Position numbers and translations under genes: made by a program
The notes under the pieces: model-generated
Told to the model about the DNA's origin: nothing
What the model saw: only the letters and a program-made list of their open reading frames with translations
Databases searched by the model: none
Shown here: positions 25,212 through 39,764 of the stretch, piece after piece
Layout: the number at the start of each line of letters is the position of its first letter
How positions within the stretch are numbered: position 1 is the stretch's first letter
DNA from: Octopus sinensis
Taxonomy: Eukaryota
NCBI RefSeq assembly: GCF_006345805.1
Contig: NC_043003.1
Coordinates: 87,420,001-87,484,000, forward strand
Direction of reading: 5' to 3'
Length of the DNA: 64,000 nt

Positions 25212-25720
25212 TTCTTTATTACCCACAAGGGGCTAAACATAGAGGGGACAAACAAGGACAGACAAAGGGATTAAGTCGATTACATTGACCCCAGTGCGTA
25301 ACTGGTACTTAATTTTATCGACCCCTAAAGGATGAAAGGCAAAGTCGACCTCGGCGGAATTTGAACTCAGAACGTAACGGCAGACGAAATACGGCTACGC
25401 ATTTCGCCTGGCATGCTAACGGTTCTGCCAGCTCACCGCCTTTAAAAATTTTAAATATAAGAGGCCGAATGAATATGTGAAAAACTTCAGTCTCTTCCCA
25501 ACCCATTCCTATTTCTTTATTACCCACAGGGGGCTAAACACAGAGCGGACAAACAAGGACAGACATAGGTATTAAGTCGATTGCATCGACCCCAGTGCGT
25601 AACTGGTACTTAATTTATCGACCCCGAAAGGATGAAAGGCAAAGTCGACTTCAGCAGAATTTGAACTCACAACGTAACACAGACGAAATACCGCTAAGCA
25701 TTTCGCCCAGCGTGCTACCC
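25212..25720 (-). mobile_element. Two adjacent family B SINEs
   Basis: Copies at about 25212-25442 and 25510-25720. Confidence 0.8.
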
Positions 25721-27409
25721 TTTCACTGTAAAATTAAACTTCATGGTTATTCCAGTAATGTGATAAATATCTACCAGAAAATAGAAGTGGTATTTTCTGT
25801 AAATCACGTTGCTTCACTAAACTTGACATAGCTCAACAAAAAAAAAAGTTTCAAACATGACATTCTTCAATAAAAGATAGACGGACACATAAAACGGCTT
25901 TGCACAATCAAAGGCAATGAAATTTTGAGCGGATAAATCTTATTTCCAGAGTAAACACTAAGTTCAACAACTGTTTCTACTGCAGACTGAATTTCAAAAA
26001 CGAGCAACTGTTTTACTACTCTCATCTTGCGGTGAGAACATCTTTCCCTGGAACCCTATCTGGTGACACATTACACCATTACACCTTCTCAACATGAAAA
26101 CTGATGGCGCAGGAACTAATAATATACTATTTTGAACTACATAATCTAAGGGATTAGGGATTATTTTGCACTCCTTAAGCTAAGGGGAAAAAAACTTTAA
26201 TCCCTTCCTCTGTTGCAGAATCTTTGCGATTTATTTTCTCAGTCTTTTGTCTTTCTTATGGCAACTTTTCTGTCCCTTTTGAGAGAGGTGGAGGGACAGG
26301 GAGAGAGAGAGAAAGGGAGAGTATTTGTATATATTCTTTTCTACTCTAGGCACAAGGCCTAAAATTTTGGGGGAGGAGGGGGCCAGTCAATTAGATCGAC
26401 CCCAGTATGCAACTGGTACTTAATTTATCAACCATGAAAAGAGGAAAGGCAAAGTTGATTTTGGCGGAATTTGAACCCAGAATCATAAAGACAGACGAAA
26501 TATCGCTAAGCATTTTGCCCAGCGTCCTAGCATTTCTGCCAGCTCGCTGCCTTAGTATTTATATATATTGCAGGATAAACTGGAAATAGTGGAAATGATG
26601 GGGGGAAAAAATGAAGAATAATGGAAGAGAGAAGGGAGGGGAGTGATAGCAAAGAGAATAATGGTCAGAGCAAGGTAAAAAAAAAAGAATACCAACAAAC
26701 CGTCCCCTCTCTACTTAACCCTTCTCATCTCTCTCTGCTCCCCTTATTCTTCACAATTACAATTTCTCCTTACTCTTGATATTTCAAATTCATCCTTCAA
26801 TTTATAGACATAGGCATAGCTGTGTGGTAAGAAGCTTCCTTCCCAACCACATGATCTTGGGTTCAGTCCCATGTGTAGCATCTTGAGCAAGTGTCTTTTA
26901 CTACAGCCCTGAACTGACTAAAGCCTTGTAAGTGGATTTCAAAGAGAGAAACTGAACGAAGCCCAATGTGGTGTGTGCTTTACTGTCTCCTTTTGACTTC
27001 AAGTGATAGTTGTAAAAGAATGTCACTATCAAGCAAATGATGTCCTTTGTCTTCAATCTTCCATGGAAACATGTTTGATCATAGTAAATCTGAGTCAACA
27101 AATCCTATTCAACCCATGCAAGCATGGAAAAGTGGATGTTAAACAATGATGATGATGCATCATTTCTGCTCTTGTTCCTCAAAGCAAAAAATATATTCCA
27201 GTACTTTAATTACTTTTACTTGTTTCAGTCATTTGACTGCGGCCATGCTGGAGCACCGCCTTTAATCAAGCAACTTGACCCCGGGACTTATTCTTTGTAA
27301 GCTCAGTACTTATTCTGTCTCTTTTGCCAAACCGCCGGGGACATAAACACACCAGCATCGGTTGTCAAGCAATACTAGGGGGACAAATACAGACACACAA
27401 ACATACATG

Positions 27410-27441
<32 letters not shown>

Positions 27442-29696
27442 CATATATACGACAGGCTTCTTTCAGTTTCCGTCTACCAAATCCACTCACAAGGCTTTGG
27501 TCGGCCCGAGGCTATAATGGAAGACACTTGCCCAAGGTGCCACGCAGTGGCATTGAACCCAGAACCATGTGGTTGGTTAGCAAGCTACTTACCACACAGC
27601 CACTCCTGCGCCTGTGTTTGAATAATTTGGAAATGTTATTTGCGAACACAGACTATCACAAGCATCTGTAGAGTTTACTGTTTTACTTTTACAGATAAAG
27701 CCGCAGTCACTGTTCCCTTTTCATCCAACTCCACACATACACAAATGAAACTCTTCTCAAGCTATTCCATCCCTTCATCTCTCACCACTAGATGCATGCA
27801 TGATTGTCAAGTACAGAAAACTTTAGTAATCATTCCAACCCAAGGAAGGAATTACAACCGTGTTTCATGGTCTGCTACCACAACAGCTCCTTTATAGGAT
27901 CCAGTTAGCTGAAGACATCATCAGGAGGAACCACATCCGGTTTCGGCCCCTACTCTTCTACCGTTTTGACATGGCGCCCTCCCCCCCTTTCGGAGGTGTC
28001 TTCAGCTCTGGTGTTGGGTGCATGTCTTCTTTCTTCTGTTCCCTGGCCTCTTCGATGTATCGTCAGTGAGTGTCAGCTGGTGACTGACTGACTTGTCAAA
28101 TTTTTCCCTTTAAATACTGGCTATTACGTTCAATCAGTACATCCCAGCTAGCTTTTATCTTCACCAAAGCCTCCAATCTCCCACTCTCTATAGGGATCTG
28201 AAAATGTTTCAGCACAGAATTGTGGATAACCAATAAAATTCAAATTACAAAATTTCCTCTTCTCTTTTACATGTTTCAATCATTGGACCATGGCCATGTT
28301 AGGGTACAAGTGCCTTGAAGGGTGGTTTATTCAAGCAAATCGACCCTAATGCATTGTTTCTGTTTTTAAAGTTTGGTACTTATTCTATCAGTCTCTTTTG
28401 CTAAACTGTTAAGTTACGGGGAGTGTAAATTGGTTGTCAAGCAGTAGAGGGGAGGGACAAATACAAACACAATAACACATACCCACACAAAAGATGGACT
28501 CCTATACAGTTTCCATCTAATAAATTTACTCACAAAGCATTAGCCATCCTTGGACTACAACAGTAAAAGACACTTGCTCTAGGTGACTGAGCCAGCAATC
28601 ACATAGTTGCAAGCAAGCTTCTTAACCAGACAGCCAGTCAAGCCTGTGCCTATAAATGGAAGGTATGTACATATCTGGGACAATGTAGCTAGCTACACAT
28701 AAACTAACATCATTAACTAAGCTATTTGGTTGATTGGCAGAGACACATTTACCAAAATGTTATAACCATCTCTGCCTCTTCTACTTCTACTGCAACCACT
28801 TCTGCTTTTCTGAACTCACAAACTGCATAATATCTCAATGCCACTCCACTATTTCACCTGATTTTTACCCAATCATCCCTCTCCTACAAAAGCACTACCT
28901 TCTAGAATTTCCTCTTGGCTGATATTTTACCTGCAAGCTTTGACCTACTGACCTACAGAATTTCAGCCTGAACTTGAACCTTAGCTGTCTGGAATGATCA
29001 GCAATACAAATCATGGTTGCTTCCCTTTTTCAGTTAATTAATTATTGCGCTAAAAAAAAAAAAAGAATCACATGGAAGTTGCAGAAAATTACAAGTGTGG
29101 CTGTGTGGTTGACAAGCTTGCTTCCCAACCATGTGGTTTTGAGTACAGTTCCACTGAAGGTCACCTGGAGTAAGTGTCTTCGTCTACAGACCTGGACCGA
29201 TCAAAACCTTGCAAGTTGATCTGGCAGACAAAAACTGTGAGAAGCCTATCATGTGTGTGTATGTGTGTGAGAGTCCTGCCACCACTTGACAATTGCTGTT
29301 GGTTTGTTTACATCCCCTACAACTTAGCAGTTCAGCAAAAGAGACCAATAAGTTAATACTAGCATTAAAAATAAGTACTGGGGTTGATTTATTCAACTAA
29401 ACCCTTTAAGGTGGTGCTCCAGCATGATCATAGTCCAAGGACAGAAACAAGTAAAAAATAAAAATTAGTGAGTGAAAATATTGTTCTTTTTTCATTTGCA
29501 GGGGGCAAGAAGAGCAGTAGTAATGATCTCAACAGGTCACATCATATATAGTTGGTGGTCTCAGTGCTGGAAGCAACAAGGATTTATCTTCCCACTAGTG
29601 ATATAATTGAGTGCATTTTAAACCAAAAGCTAATGTGAGAGTTTCTCTCATGGTATCTACCACAGTATAGTTTGTTCCAACAGAACATCTACGTTT

Positions 29697-30180
29697 CATC
29701 ATCGTCATCGTTTAACGTCCGTTTTCCATGCTAGCAAGGGTTGGACAGTTCGACCGAGGTCTGGGAAGCCAGGAGGCTGCACCAGGCTCCAGTCTGATCT
29801 GGCAGTGTTTCTACAGCTGGATGCCCTTCTTAACGCCAACCACTCCGTGAGTGTAGTGGGTGCTTTTTATGAGCCACCAGCACAGGTGCCAAGGGAGGCT
29901 GGAAATGGCCACAATCGGTTGGTGCTTTTTATGTGCCACCAGCACGGAAGCCAGTCAAGGCGGCGCTGGCATCAGCCACGTTCGGATGCTGCTTTTTACA
30001 TGCCACCAGCACAGGTATCACAACAACAATTTCCATTTGATTTTGATGTACTTAGTCAATAGGTCTCCTCAAGCACTGCAGGTCGCCCTATGATCCAAGG
30101 TAAACACAGCAGGCCGTCCTGCGATCCAAGGCACTTTGGATGAGCTGGGGCTTTTATGTGAAGCTGGTGCAGGAAACAGC
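29697..30180 (-). mobile_element. RTE LINE 3' end with 3 minisatellite units
   Basis: (CAT)n-like tail, terminal motif and 3' UTR homologous to 24480-24898. Confidence 0.8.
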
Positions 30181-30598
30181 TATGGGGATAAATATTACCA
30201 CTCGGTATTAATACTATCTCTCTTGCTAATATATATTTTTTAACAAGCTCACTGTTCTGGCACTGTTATTCTATATATCGCTGGCAGGGAGATTTCTCTC
30301 TTGGTAACTACTACAGTATAGTTTGTTCTAACAGAAGATCTATGTTGAAGTGGGAATAAATATTACCTCTTAGTATTAATATGGCCTCTGCCACTAATAA
30401 ATATTATATATAGCTGATGTTTAGCTTGAATTTCTTCAGACTGATCCCAGTAGGTAAAAACATAGGCAGATTGGGATGAAAATAGATATTGCATTAAATA
30501 ATAGTGTTCAAGTACTCTTGAATATATTATTTCATTAGTTTACACTGGGTGATTCAACAGGAGCAGTAAAAAAGGCTTCATGATTTGTCACATTAAAC

Positions 30599-31140
30599 CA
30601 GTAGTTCTCACCTATTTTTTACCTTTGAACCCCTTTGATTACTATTTTATTGTGGTAGGTTCACATAACCATTTGATGTTTAACCCTTTAGCATTTAAAC
30701 CGGCCATATCCGGCCAAAAATATTCTACCTGGTTTATGTTCAAACTAGCCCTATCTGGTCTCTCACACCAACCCTACAATATCGTTTAAAAAATTAACAG
30801 CTACCTCATCAAAATCTCATAGCTACAAGATAAAGCATGATTAGTTCAAAACGATGTGGATAAAAAAGGATTAATCTTGGCAGAATAATGCAAACACTTA
30901 AAGGGTTAAAAACTAATTTTGTAGATGCTTGTTACAAAATTCCTATTTTGTTTATCACACATTCACTTGTGCAGGCTGAACTATGTAAAATGTTAGAGAA
31001 AGAAACCTAGCTGCTTCTTGCAATAAATACATCTAATGCAAAATTTTTTCATGGACCCAATTTACTATATTGCTTGTGTGGACATTAAAAATCTTATAGA
31101 GACCCTGAAAGTTCAGATGGACCCTGACTGAGAACCACTG
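30599..31140. mobile_element. hAT-type MITE with a nested TTAA MITE (30684-30905)
   Basis: TIR CAGT(A/G)GTTCTCA; 8-bp TSD CATTAAAC (30591-30598) / CATTAAGC (31141-31148); the inner element has CCCTTTA...TTAAAGGG ends and TTAA flanks. Confidence 0.8.
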
Positions 31141-31354
31141 CATTAAGCCTTTAGATACAACCCTCCTCCAAACTACCTTTGGTTCTATGATACAAATTCC
31201 CTATTTTAAAGTGATTTCAATCAAAACCTTCCATGTTAATTTATGTTCCAAACATCAATTTAATATTGTCAAAGTTATCTTGATAAATTTTTTTTATTTT
31301 CAAAATTAATTGAAACAAAGAGTGTATTTCAACAGAAATATGGTAACAAAATGT

Positions 31355-31735
31355 GGAGGCGCAATGGCCCAGTGGTTAGGGCAGCGGACTCGCGGTCATA
31401 GGATCGCGGTTTCGATTCCCAGACCGGGCGTTGTGAGTGTTTATTGAGCGAAAACACCTAAAGCTCCACGAGGCTCCGGCAGGGATGGTGGTGATCCCTG
31501 CTGAACTCTTTCACCACAACTTTCTCTTACTCTTACTTCCTGTTTCTGTTGTACCTGTATTTCAAAGGGCCGGCCTTGTCACTCTCTGTGTCACGCTGAA
31601 TATCCCCGAGAACTGCGTTAAGGGTACACGTGTCTGTGGAGTGCTCAGCCACTTACACGTTAATTTCACGAGCAGGCTGTTCCGTTGATCGGATCAACCG
31701 GAACCCTCGTCATCATAACCGACGGAGAGCTTCCA
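31355..31735 (+). mobile_element. Family C SINE, tail type 1, full length
   Basis: Near-identical to 43266-43634; ends GACGGAGAGCTTCCA followed by an A-run. Confidence 0.85.
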
Positions 31736-32838
31736 AAAAAAAAAAAAGTAAATGAATACAAAATACGATCATATTGTCCCTCCACATCCAGCCATCACTC
31801 AATGGATTAAGGTAACTTGAACTCTTTTACTTGTTTCAGTCATTTGACTGTGGCCATGCTGGGGCACCGCCTTTAGTCGAGCAAATCGACCCCAGGACTT
31901 ATTCTTTGTAAGCCTAGTACTTATTCTATCAGTCTCTTTTGCCGAACCGCTAAGTTACGGGGATGTAAACACACCAGCATCGGTTGTCAAGCGATGTTGG
32001 GGGGACAAACACAGACACACACACAAACATACACACACACACACACACACCACACACACACACACACACATATATACATATATACAACGGGTTTCTTTCA
32101 GTTTCCGTCTACCAAATCCACTCACAAGGCTTTGGTCGGCATGAGGCTATAGTAGAAGACTTTTGCCCAAGGTGCCACGCAGTGGGACTGAACCTGGAAC
32201 CATGTGGTTTGTAAGCAAGCTACTTACCACACAGCCACTCCTGCATCTATTAACATTTTAAGAGCAGGGTTCAGATTTTGGTACAAGTTAGCTGAAATAG
32301 TAAAGCATCTGACAATGCAAATAAATACCTCACAGTATTTAGTCTCAGTTTGCTAGCTTCTGAGTTCAAATCTTGACACTGTTGACATAACCTCTCATTC
32401 CTTCCAGAGCAACAAATCGAGTAACAGTGTAAATACTTGACTTGGTAACTTTTTTTTTTTCTTTTACTTGTTTTTGTCATTAGACTGTGACCATGCTGGG
32501 GCACCACCTTAAAAAACTTTCAGTCGAATGAATCAACCCCACTACATTTTTTTTTTGTTAAGCCTGGTGCTTATTCTATCAGTCACTTTTGCTGAACTGC
32601 TAGGTTACAGAGAGGTAAACACATCAACACTGGTTGTCAGACACACATAAACCCACACAGATAGACAGGTAGATATACAAAGGGCTTCTTTCAGTTTCCA
32701 TCAACCAAATCCACTCACAAAGCTTTGGTTGGCCTGAAGCTATAGTAGAAGACACTTGCTCAAGGTACCCTGCAGTGGGACAGAACCTGGAACCATGTGG
32801 TTGGGAAGCAAGCTTCTTACCACACAGCCATGTCTGTG

Positions 32839-32882
<44 letters not shown>

Positions 32883-35800
32883 ACTTGTGTTAGTTTGTTT
32901 ATATACCCATAACTTAGCAGTTCATCAAAAGAAGAATAAATGCCAAGCTTCACCCTTTGATATTTAATCCAGCCATATCCAGCCCAAATATTCTACTTGT
33001 TTTAAGTTTAAAATGGCTAGATCCAACCTGTTACACCTACACTACAATGTCTTTCTAAAAATATACAAACACATTATTGAAATCTACAAAATGAAGCTAC
33101 AAAATAATGTGTGAATATTTCAAAACATGAATAAATGAGCAATGCATTTGAGAAATTTGAATGCTAAAGGGTTAAAAAAATAAGTACTGGGATCGATTCG
33201 TTTGACTAAACCCTTCAAGGTGGTGCCCCAGCATGGCCACAGTCCATTTATGGGCTCTGTGTGTGTGTGTGTGTGTTCATGAGTTATGAGAGACCTTATC
33301 ATCTAGATTTGATTCAAATCAATTCCACGATTTCTGTAATGGTTGAGTAAAACTGAATGGGAAAATAGCTGAGATGACAAAAGCACAATAGCTTAGGTGA
33401 AATAGCTTTGCTTGCTATGCAGGAAGGGAATTCAATATGGTGTAGTCAGTGTAAACAATTGATAAACAAATACTACAATAAGATCTTTGGCAGACTGACA
33501 AAGAGAAATCAAATCTTGGAGCACATCAGATAGACTGACATAATTAATAGTATAAGCAAAGACCATATACTCCTTAGCAGGCTTGCTAGAAGCAATAAAT
33601 TCTGTTACATAGGTGATATAATTAGTTTTGAAGATGGAACTTTTAACAGTACAGTGTCAAAGTTCAGAGGTGAATGAAAGATTAAGGAGCTGCTATTTCT
33701 CTCTGTCTTTCCATTTTATTACTTTTCTATACCAAGTTATTAACCCTTCTGACATTAAGCAACCTGAGGGAGCCCCTGATACAAATTACTAATTAGATCT
33801 TTGTTTGAAATGCAGTGGATATTTTTAATTATTTTTGAACATAATAAAGGATTTATTAGAATAATTTTGTCATTATTAAACTGGTGGTTGGAACATAAAT
33901 TAAGTTTTGATGGAAGGAGATAACTTTTAAAACAAGGTGTTTGTATCATAGAACCAGAGGGAGGTTTCAGGCAAGTTGGTATCAAAAAGTTTGAAGTGAT
34001 CTCAATCAAAACCATCCATCAAAACTTAAATGCTAATCTATGTGATGAATTTATTTTACTAAATACTTCATTAGTTTCATAATTAACTTAACCCTTCCAT
34101 TACCGTATTTATTTTGAGATGGTCTGTGCTTAATATAGTTATCATTCAGCTAGTGTTAGGAACATAAATTGTGACTAAGTTTTGGTGGAAGATTTTAATT
34201 TAAAACTTATGAAAACAAGACATTTGTACTACAGAGCCAGAGTCGGTTTCAGCTGGGTTGGTAATGAAAGGGTTAAATGAACGCAGTACATTTCAACATA
34301 AATATAACAATAAAAGATTAAATAAGGTTGAAGACATAGGCAAGAACCTCAACCAGAAAATGAAACTGAGTTATATGAGTATCACCTCTATGACACTAAT
34401 GCAAACAAATCTTAACTTAAAAATTATTTGAGGCTACACAAATATGTAAAAAAAAAAAACAAAAAAAAAACCACTTTATACCATTAACAGACATTTCAAT
34501 CCATGAATTCCTTACAACCATGTAAAGTACCGATAAAACAACTATAACCAACAACATACCAGAACACTACTATAACACCTACATTCCCAAAACACTTTAC
34601 CCTCATTCAATACAGATACATACCAATACAAACTCGAAGTGTATGCTGGAGGCCAACAGATCTTAAGGAATTTGTAACTAGCCTAAACGAAACTTAACTT
34701 GTACTTGCTCTTAGTTTGTCCAGTAAACTAGAAAAACTTAAGTTTCTCAATGAAGAATATCAATGTGATATGTAAAGTAATAAGATGCAGGCGAGATACT
34801 GCCTTCAACCATTACACTGCAGTTATGCTGGGGCATTGTCTTGAAGGGCTTAGTCAAACAAATCGACCCCAGCACTAATCATTTATTTTAAGCTTATCCC
34901 TATCCAAGCAATATTATCATGGGGTTAAGGCAGTGAGCTGGCAGAATCATTAACACAAAAGATAAAGTGTTTAGTGGTATTTCATCTGTCTTTGTGCTCT
35001 GAGTTCAAATTCCACTGAGGTTGACTTTGCCTTTCATCCTTTTGAGGTCAATAAAGTAAGGACCAGTTGAGCACTGGGATCAATGTAATTGACTTACCCA
35101 CTGCCCCAAAATTGCTGGCCTTGTACCAAAATTTGAAACCAATATTATGAGATGAGCTATATCTCTTTACAAGCTTACAGCAGTCATCTTGAATGCTTTT
35201 TTTTTTTGTAGCTTCTCACAACTAAGTGAATCGGGCCACTGAAGGTTAAGTTTATTTGCTATGGCAGAGTGAACACAGGAGATAAGATAAAAACCATCAA
35301 CCTTTTGGCTGATCATTCGATACGCTGTTGACTCACATAATTATTAACTTTCTCTCTCTTTCAGATGTAACACTAACTATTTTCAACCTTTCAAAAATTA
35401 GTTATTTACATGATTTACATTTCAACTGCCTATCTTTCTTATGACTATTACTGATACTACATTTCTCAAAATAAAAAATAAAAAACTCTTCTTTGGTCCA
35501 GTTAATTTTCCTGCATTATTGGACTGACCCACTGAAATCTACAAACTACTGTTAAGCAGCACAACTTTTGCTGCATACCTTGCTACTACTACTACTACTA
35601 CTACTACATAGTTCACCCAGGCTTGTTATTCTGTGCTTCATGCTTCGGTAAACCTTAAGAAATAGCAATATGGTTGGCTGAGGTGAAAATATCTCAGAAG
35701 AACATTCAGTATACTGAAATTTGCAGAGGCTTGCATGTAAGATATAGAGTCAAAAAAAAAAAAATAAACTTTGATAAATTATACTAGTTGAAGCAATTAG

Positions 35801-37183
35801 TGCACAAAAAGCCTGCTTAAAATCTAAGAATGAACAAAGGAAATGACTTTAATAAAACCAGCTGGACAACACAGGCATTGCAGATTGGGCTGGTCTTAAT
35901 CTTTTTAATATCAACTTGCTTGAAACAGCCCCTGGTTTTGATATAATCTTCCTGAATTAACCCTTTAATATTGATATTAGTCTGTAAAATGTAAATACTC
36001 TTTTACTTGTTTCAGTCATTTGACAGTGGCCATGCTGGAGCACCACCTTTAGTTGACCAAATCGACAACCAAGACTTATTCTTTGTAAGCCTAGTACTTA
36101 TTCTATCGGTCTCTTTTACCGAACCGCTAAGTTACAGGGACATAAACACACCAGCATCGTTTATCATGCGATGTTGTGGGGACAAGCACAAACACACATA
36201 TATATACATATATACGACGGGTTTTTTTCAGTTTCCGTCTACCAAATCCACTCACAAGGCTTTGGTCGGCCCGAGGCTATAGTAGAAGACACTTGCCCAA
36301 GGTGCCACGCAGTGGGACTAAACCAGGCACCATGTGGTTTGTAAGCAAGCTACTTACCACACAGCCACTCCTACTCCTAATTTTTTTTTAATTAATCATC
36401 CATTATCTCATAGTTTTGAGATTTCAATATTGCGATTGTATATTATTAGAATGATGTTGTAGGCTAGGTGTCAGAGGTCAGATACAGTCAATCTGAATAA
36501 AAAACAGGATCAGATATGACGGATTTAAATGCTAAAGGGTTAAAGTAATCTAAATTAAAACTTTCCATTAAAATTTTATACTAATTTATGGTCCAAATAC
36601 CAGCTATAATGACAGTTGTTTTACTAAAATATTTCCAAAATAATTTAAAACAAAGACAGTAAATTGCAACAGAATTATTGCAACAAAAGGATTAAACACA
36701 ACTAATGAAAGCAATGAACATGTTTCAGTTTTATTAAACCTCTTCAGAAAAGCATGTTCAACTCAACTGGCAAGACTAAGAGTAATCTACATAAACATAC
36801 ACATACATATATACACACACATGTACACAGAAAGAGAGCGGGAGGGAGAGGCAGAACACAGAGATGCTATGGTTGAGTCACACATATTTAATATAAGGAG
36901 CTAAAAATCACCAGTTGTTTAAGATTATCCAAGCACTTGATAAATAAAAACTCCCTCTTAGTGCATTTAAAATACAAGCAAGAGAAATAATGTTAGGTTT
37001 GATAATATTTAACAGTGTGGCTAGGAAGTTTCTTTCCCAACAACACAGTTTTGACTGCAGGCCCACGGTGGAACCCTGGGCAAATATTAACTATTCTAGC
37101 TCTGGAGCCTTGTGAGTTGATTAGGTAGATGGAAAGTGGAAGCCTATCATGTGTGTATACACATATAATATATCTTTTATTAA

Positions 37184-37357
37184 TAAAGCTGTAAAAGCAT
37201 CACAAAAAGTGTTATTCAGAGTTTCACGTTCCTATTTGTCGGACAGTTTTGGTTGAGAATCTCAACCACAACAGTTTGACAATTGTCAATCAAAACTATC
37301 TAACGAACAGGAACGCGAAACTCTGAATAACAGATTTTGTGATGTTTTCGCAGTTTA
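37184..37357. repeat. Fold-back element (probable MITE) with arms of about 72 bp
   Basis: TAAAGCTGTAAAAGCATCACAAAAAGTGTTATTCAGAGTTTC... pairs with ...GAAACTCTGAATAACAGATTTTGTGATGTTTTCGCAGTTTA; loop of about 30 nt; TA flanks. Confidence 0.8.
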
Positions 37358-37534
37358 ATTAAAAAAGGATATTACTCTACCTCAAGTATTCGAGTACTAT
37401 TTTTTCCTACCTTGTTTCACATTTATGTGCTTACTCTGGTATATGTAGTGTATCTACAGATTTCTTTGTCTTGACATCACGTATGAGTTGCAAACATGCA
37501 TCATCATCAGCATACAAGTGGTAGATTTTTTTTG

Positions 37535-37545
37535 TGCATACATAC

Positions 37546-37576
<31 letters not shown>

Positions 37577-37766
37577 CACACAAATATACACATACATATA
37601 TATATATGCATATATATACATATGCACATACATATACATATATATATAAGCATATATATATGCACATATATATCATCATATATATATATGCATATATATA
37701 TAAATATGGATATCTAGATGTATAGATGTATATATATACATATATATATGGATATATAGATGTATG

Positions 37767-37805
<39 letters not shown>

Positions 37806-38535
37806 ATATATAGATATGTGTAAGTTGTGTGTAAGGGGGTGGGGCCAAAAACATTAAATAAATTTACAGACTTGATTTTGTGGAACACTTTTATGCTCCT
37901 GGATCCAACCTAGCATGGCTTTCATGAAATGAACTTTTTTGACGTATTTTTTGGTTTAAGGGGATTAAGAAAATTTTTTTACTTGGGTGATATTTTAATT
38001 TATTTAGATTTTTAGTCGCATGACACACCTTAGAATTTTTGGTCAACTGTATATACCTTCTTGATAGGCCATTCTATATATCTGAATTTTTATTTGTATA
38101 TCTCTTTTTTACCTTCTGTGTTTTTTTTTTTAATGTGTTCCTTATATGTTGAATGCCATGGTAATATTTATATATGATCAAATGTTTGGAAGCGTAGTGT
38201 TATATGAAAAGTCATTAACTCAAATTGGATGTTTCTACTTTCATCATTCTTTTTGCTTATCTCTGTCTCAATTACATTTGAACACTACCTTTTTGCAGCC
38301 AGTAAACACGGTTGTCTCCATAAGAGAGGCAAAAATCATTTTTTGTCATATGCTTAAACATACATATATGTATATATATAATATATGCATGCATACATAC
38401 ATATATATATATATATAAATATATGTATATGTGTATATATATATATATATGCATATACATGATATATATATATATAATATATATATATGCATATATATAT
38501 GTATATATATGTATATATATATGCATATACATGTG

Positions 38536-38585
<50 letters not shown>

Positions 38586-39361
38586 GTTGTCACACATATG
38601 CATATATATATATAAATACATATATAAACATATATATAAATACACATATATAAACATATATATAAATAGACGTATATATACATATATATAAATATATGTA
38701 TATGTGTATATATATATATATATCATCATCATCATCATCATTTAGCGTCCGCTTTCCATGCTAGCATGGCTTGGACGGGTCAACTGGGGTCTGTGAAGCT
38801 GGAAGGCTTCGTCAGGCCCAGTCAGATCTGGCAGTGTTTCTACGGCTGGATGCCCTTCCTAACGCAATATATATAAAAATATATATATGCATATATATAA
38901 ATATACATATAAATATATATATACATATGCATATATATATACATGTATATATACATATGTATATATATGCATATACATGATATATATATATATAAATACA
39001 TGTATATACATGCATATATATACACACTTGCATATATAAATGCATACATATATAATATATATGTATGTATACATATATATATGTATATATATGCATATAC
39101 ATGATATATATATATAAATACATGTATATACATGCATATATATATATACACACATGCATATATAAATGCATACATATATAATATATATGTATGCATACAT
39201 ATATATATATATGCAAGTATATATATGCATATATATAGGCAGGTTCGTTGAGTGGGATCGACACAATGTCATGAAAAAAACTGACCCAAATTTTGTGAAT
39301 GTATCTCTTTCTTTCCTTAGAGTTATTATGCAAACAAATGTCCACACCCTGTACATATCTA

Positions 39362-39405
<44 letters not shown>

Positions 39406-39719
39406 CACATAGGTATGCATATATTTCTTTGCATATGTATGTATATATATATATGCATGAAGAAATATATATGCATATATTCTTTTACTTGTGTTAGCTT
39501 TTTGACTGTGGCCAGGCTGGGTACTGCCATTGAATAAATTGACACCAGGACTTATTCTAAATATATATATATATAGGCAGATTTATTTTGTGAAATGGAC
39601 AGAACATGTCAGGAAAGCAGACTGACCCAAATCTGATGGCTATATCTCAAAAAAGAAAACAAAAACCACTTGCATATTTTCGTTAGAGTCATCCTGCAAT
39701 TGAATAACATCCACACCCC

Positions 39720-39764
<45 letters not shown>

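Noticed and set aside
27860-28030. Functional hammerhead ribozyme from the CTGAAGA/CTGATGA and GAAAC words on the minus strand
   Set aside because: No type I, II or III arrangement gave both a paired stem I and a valid NUH triplet.
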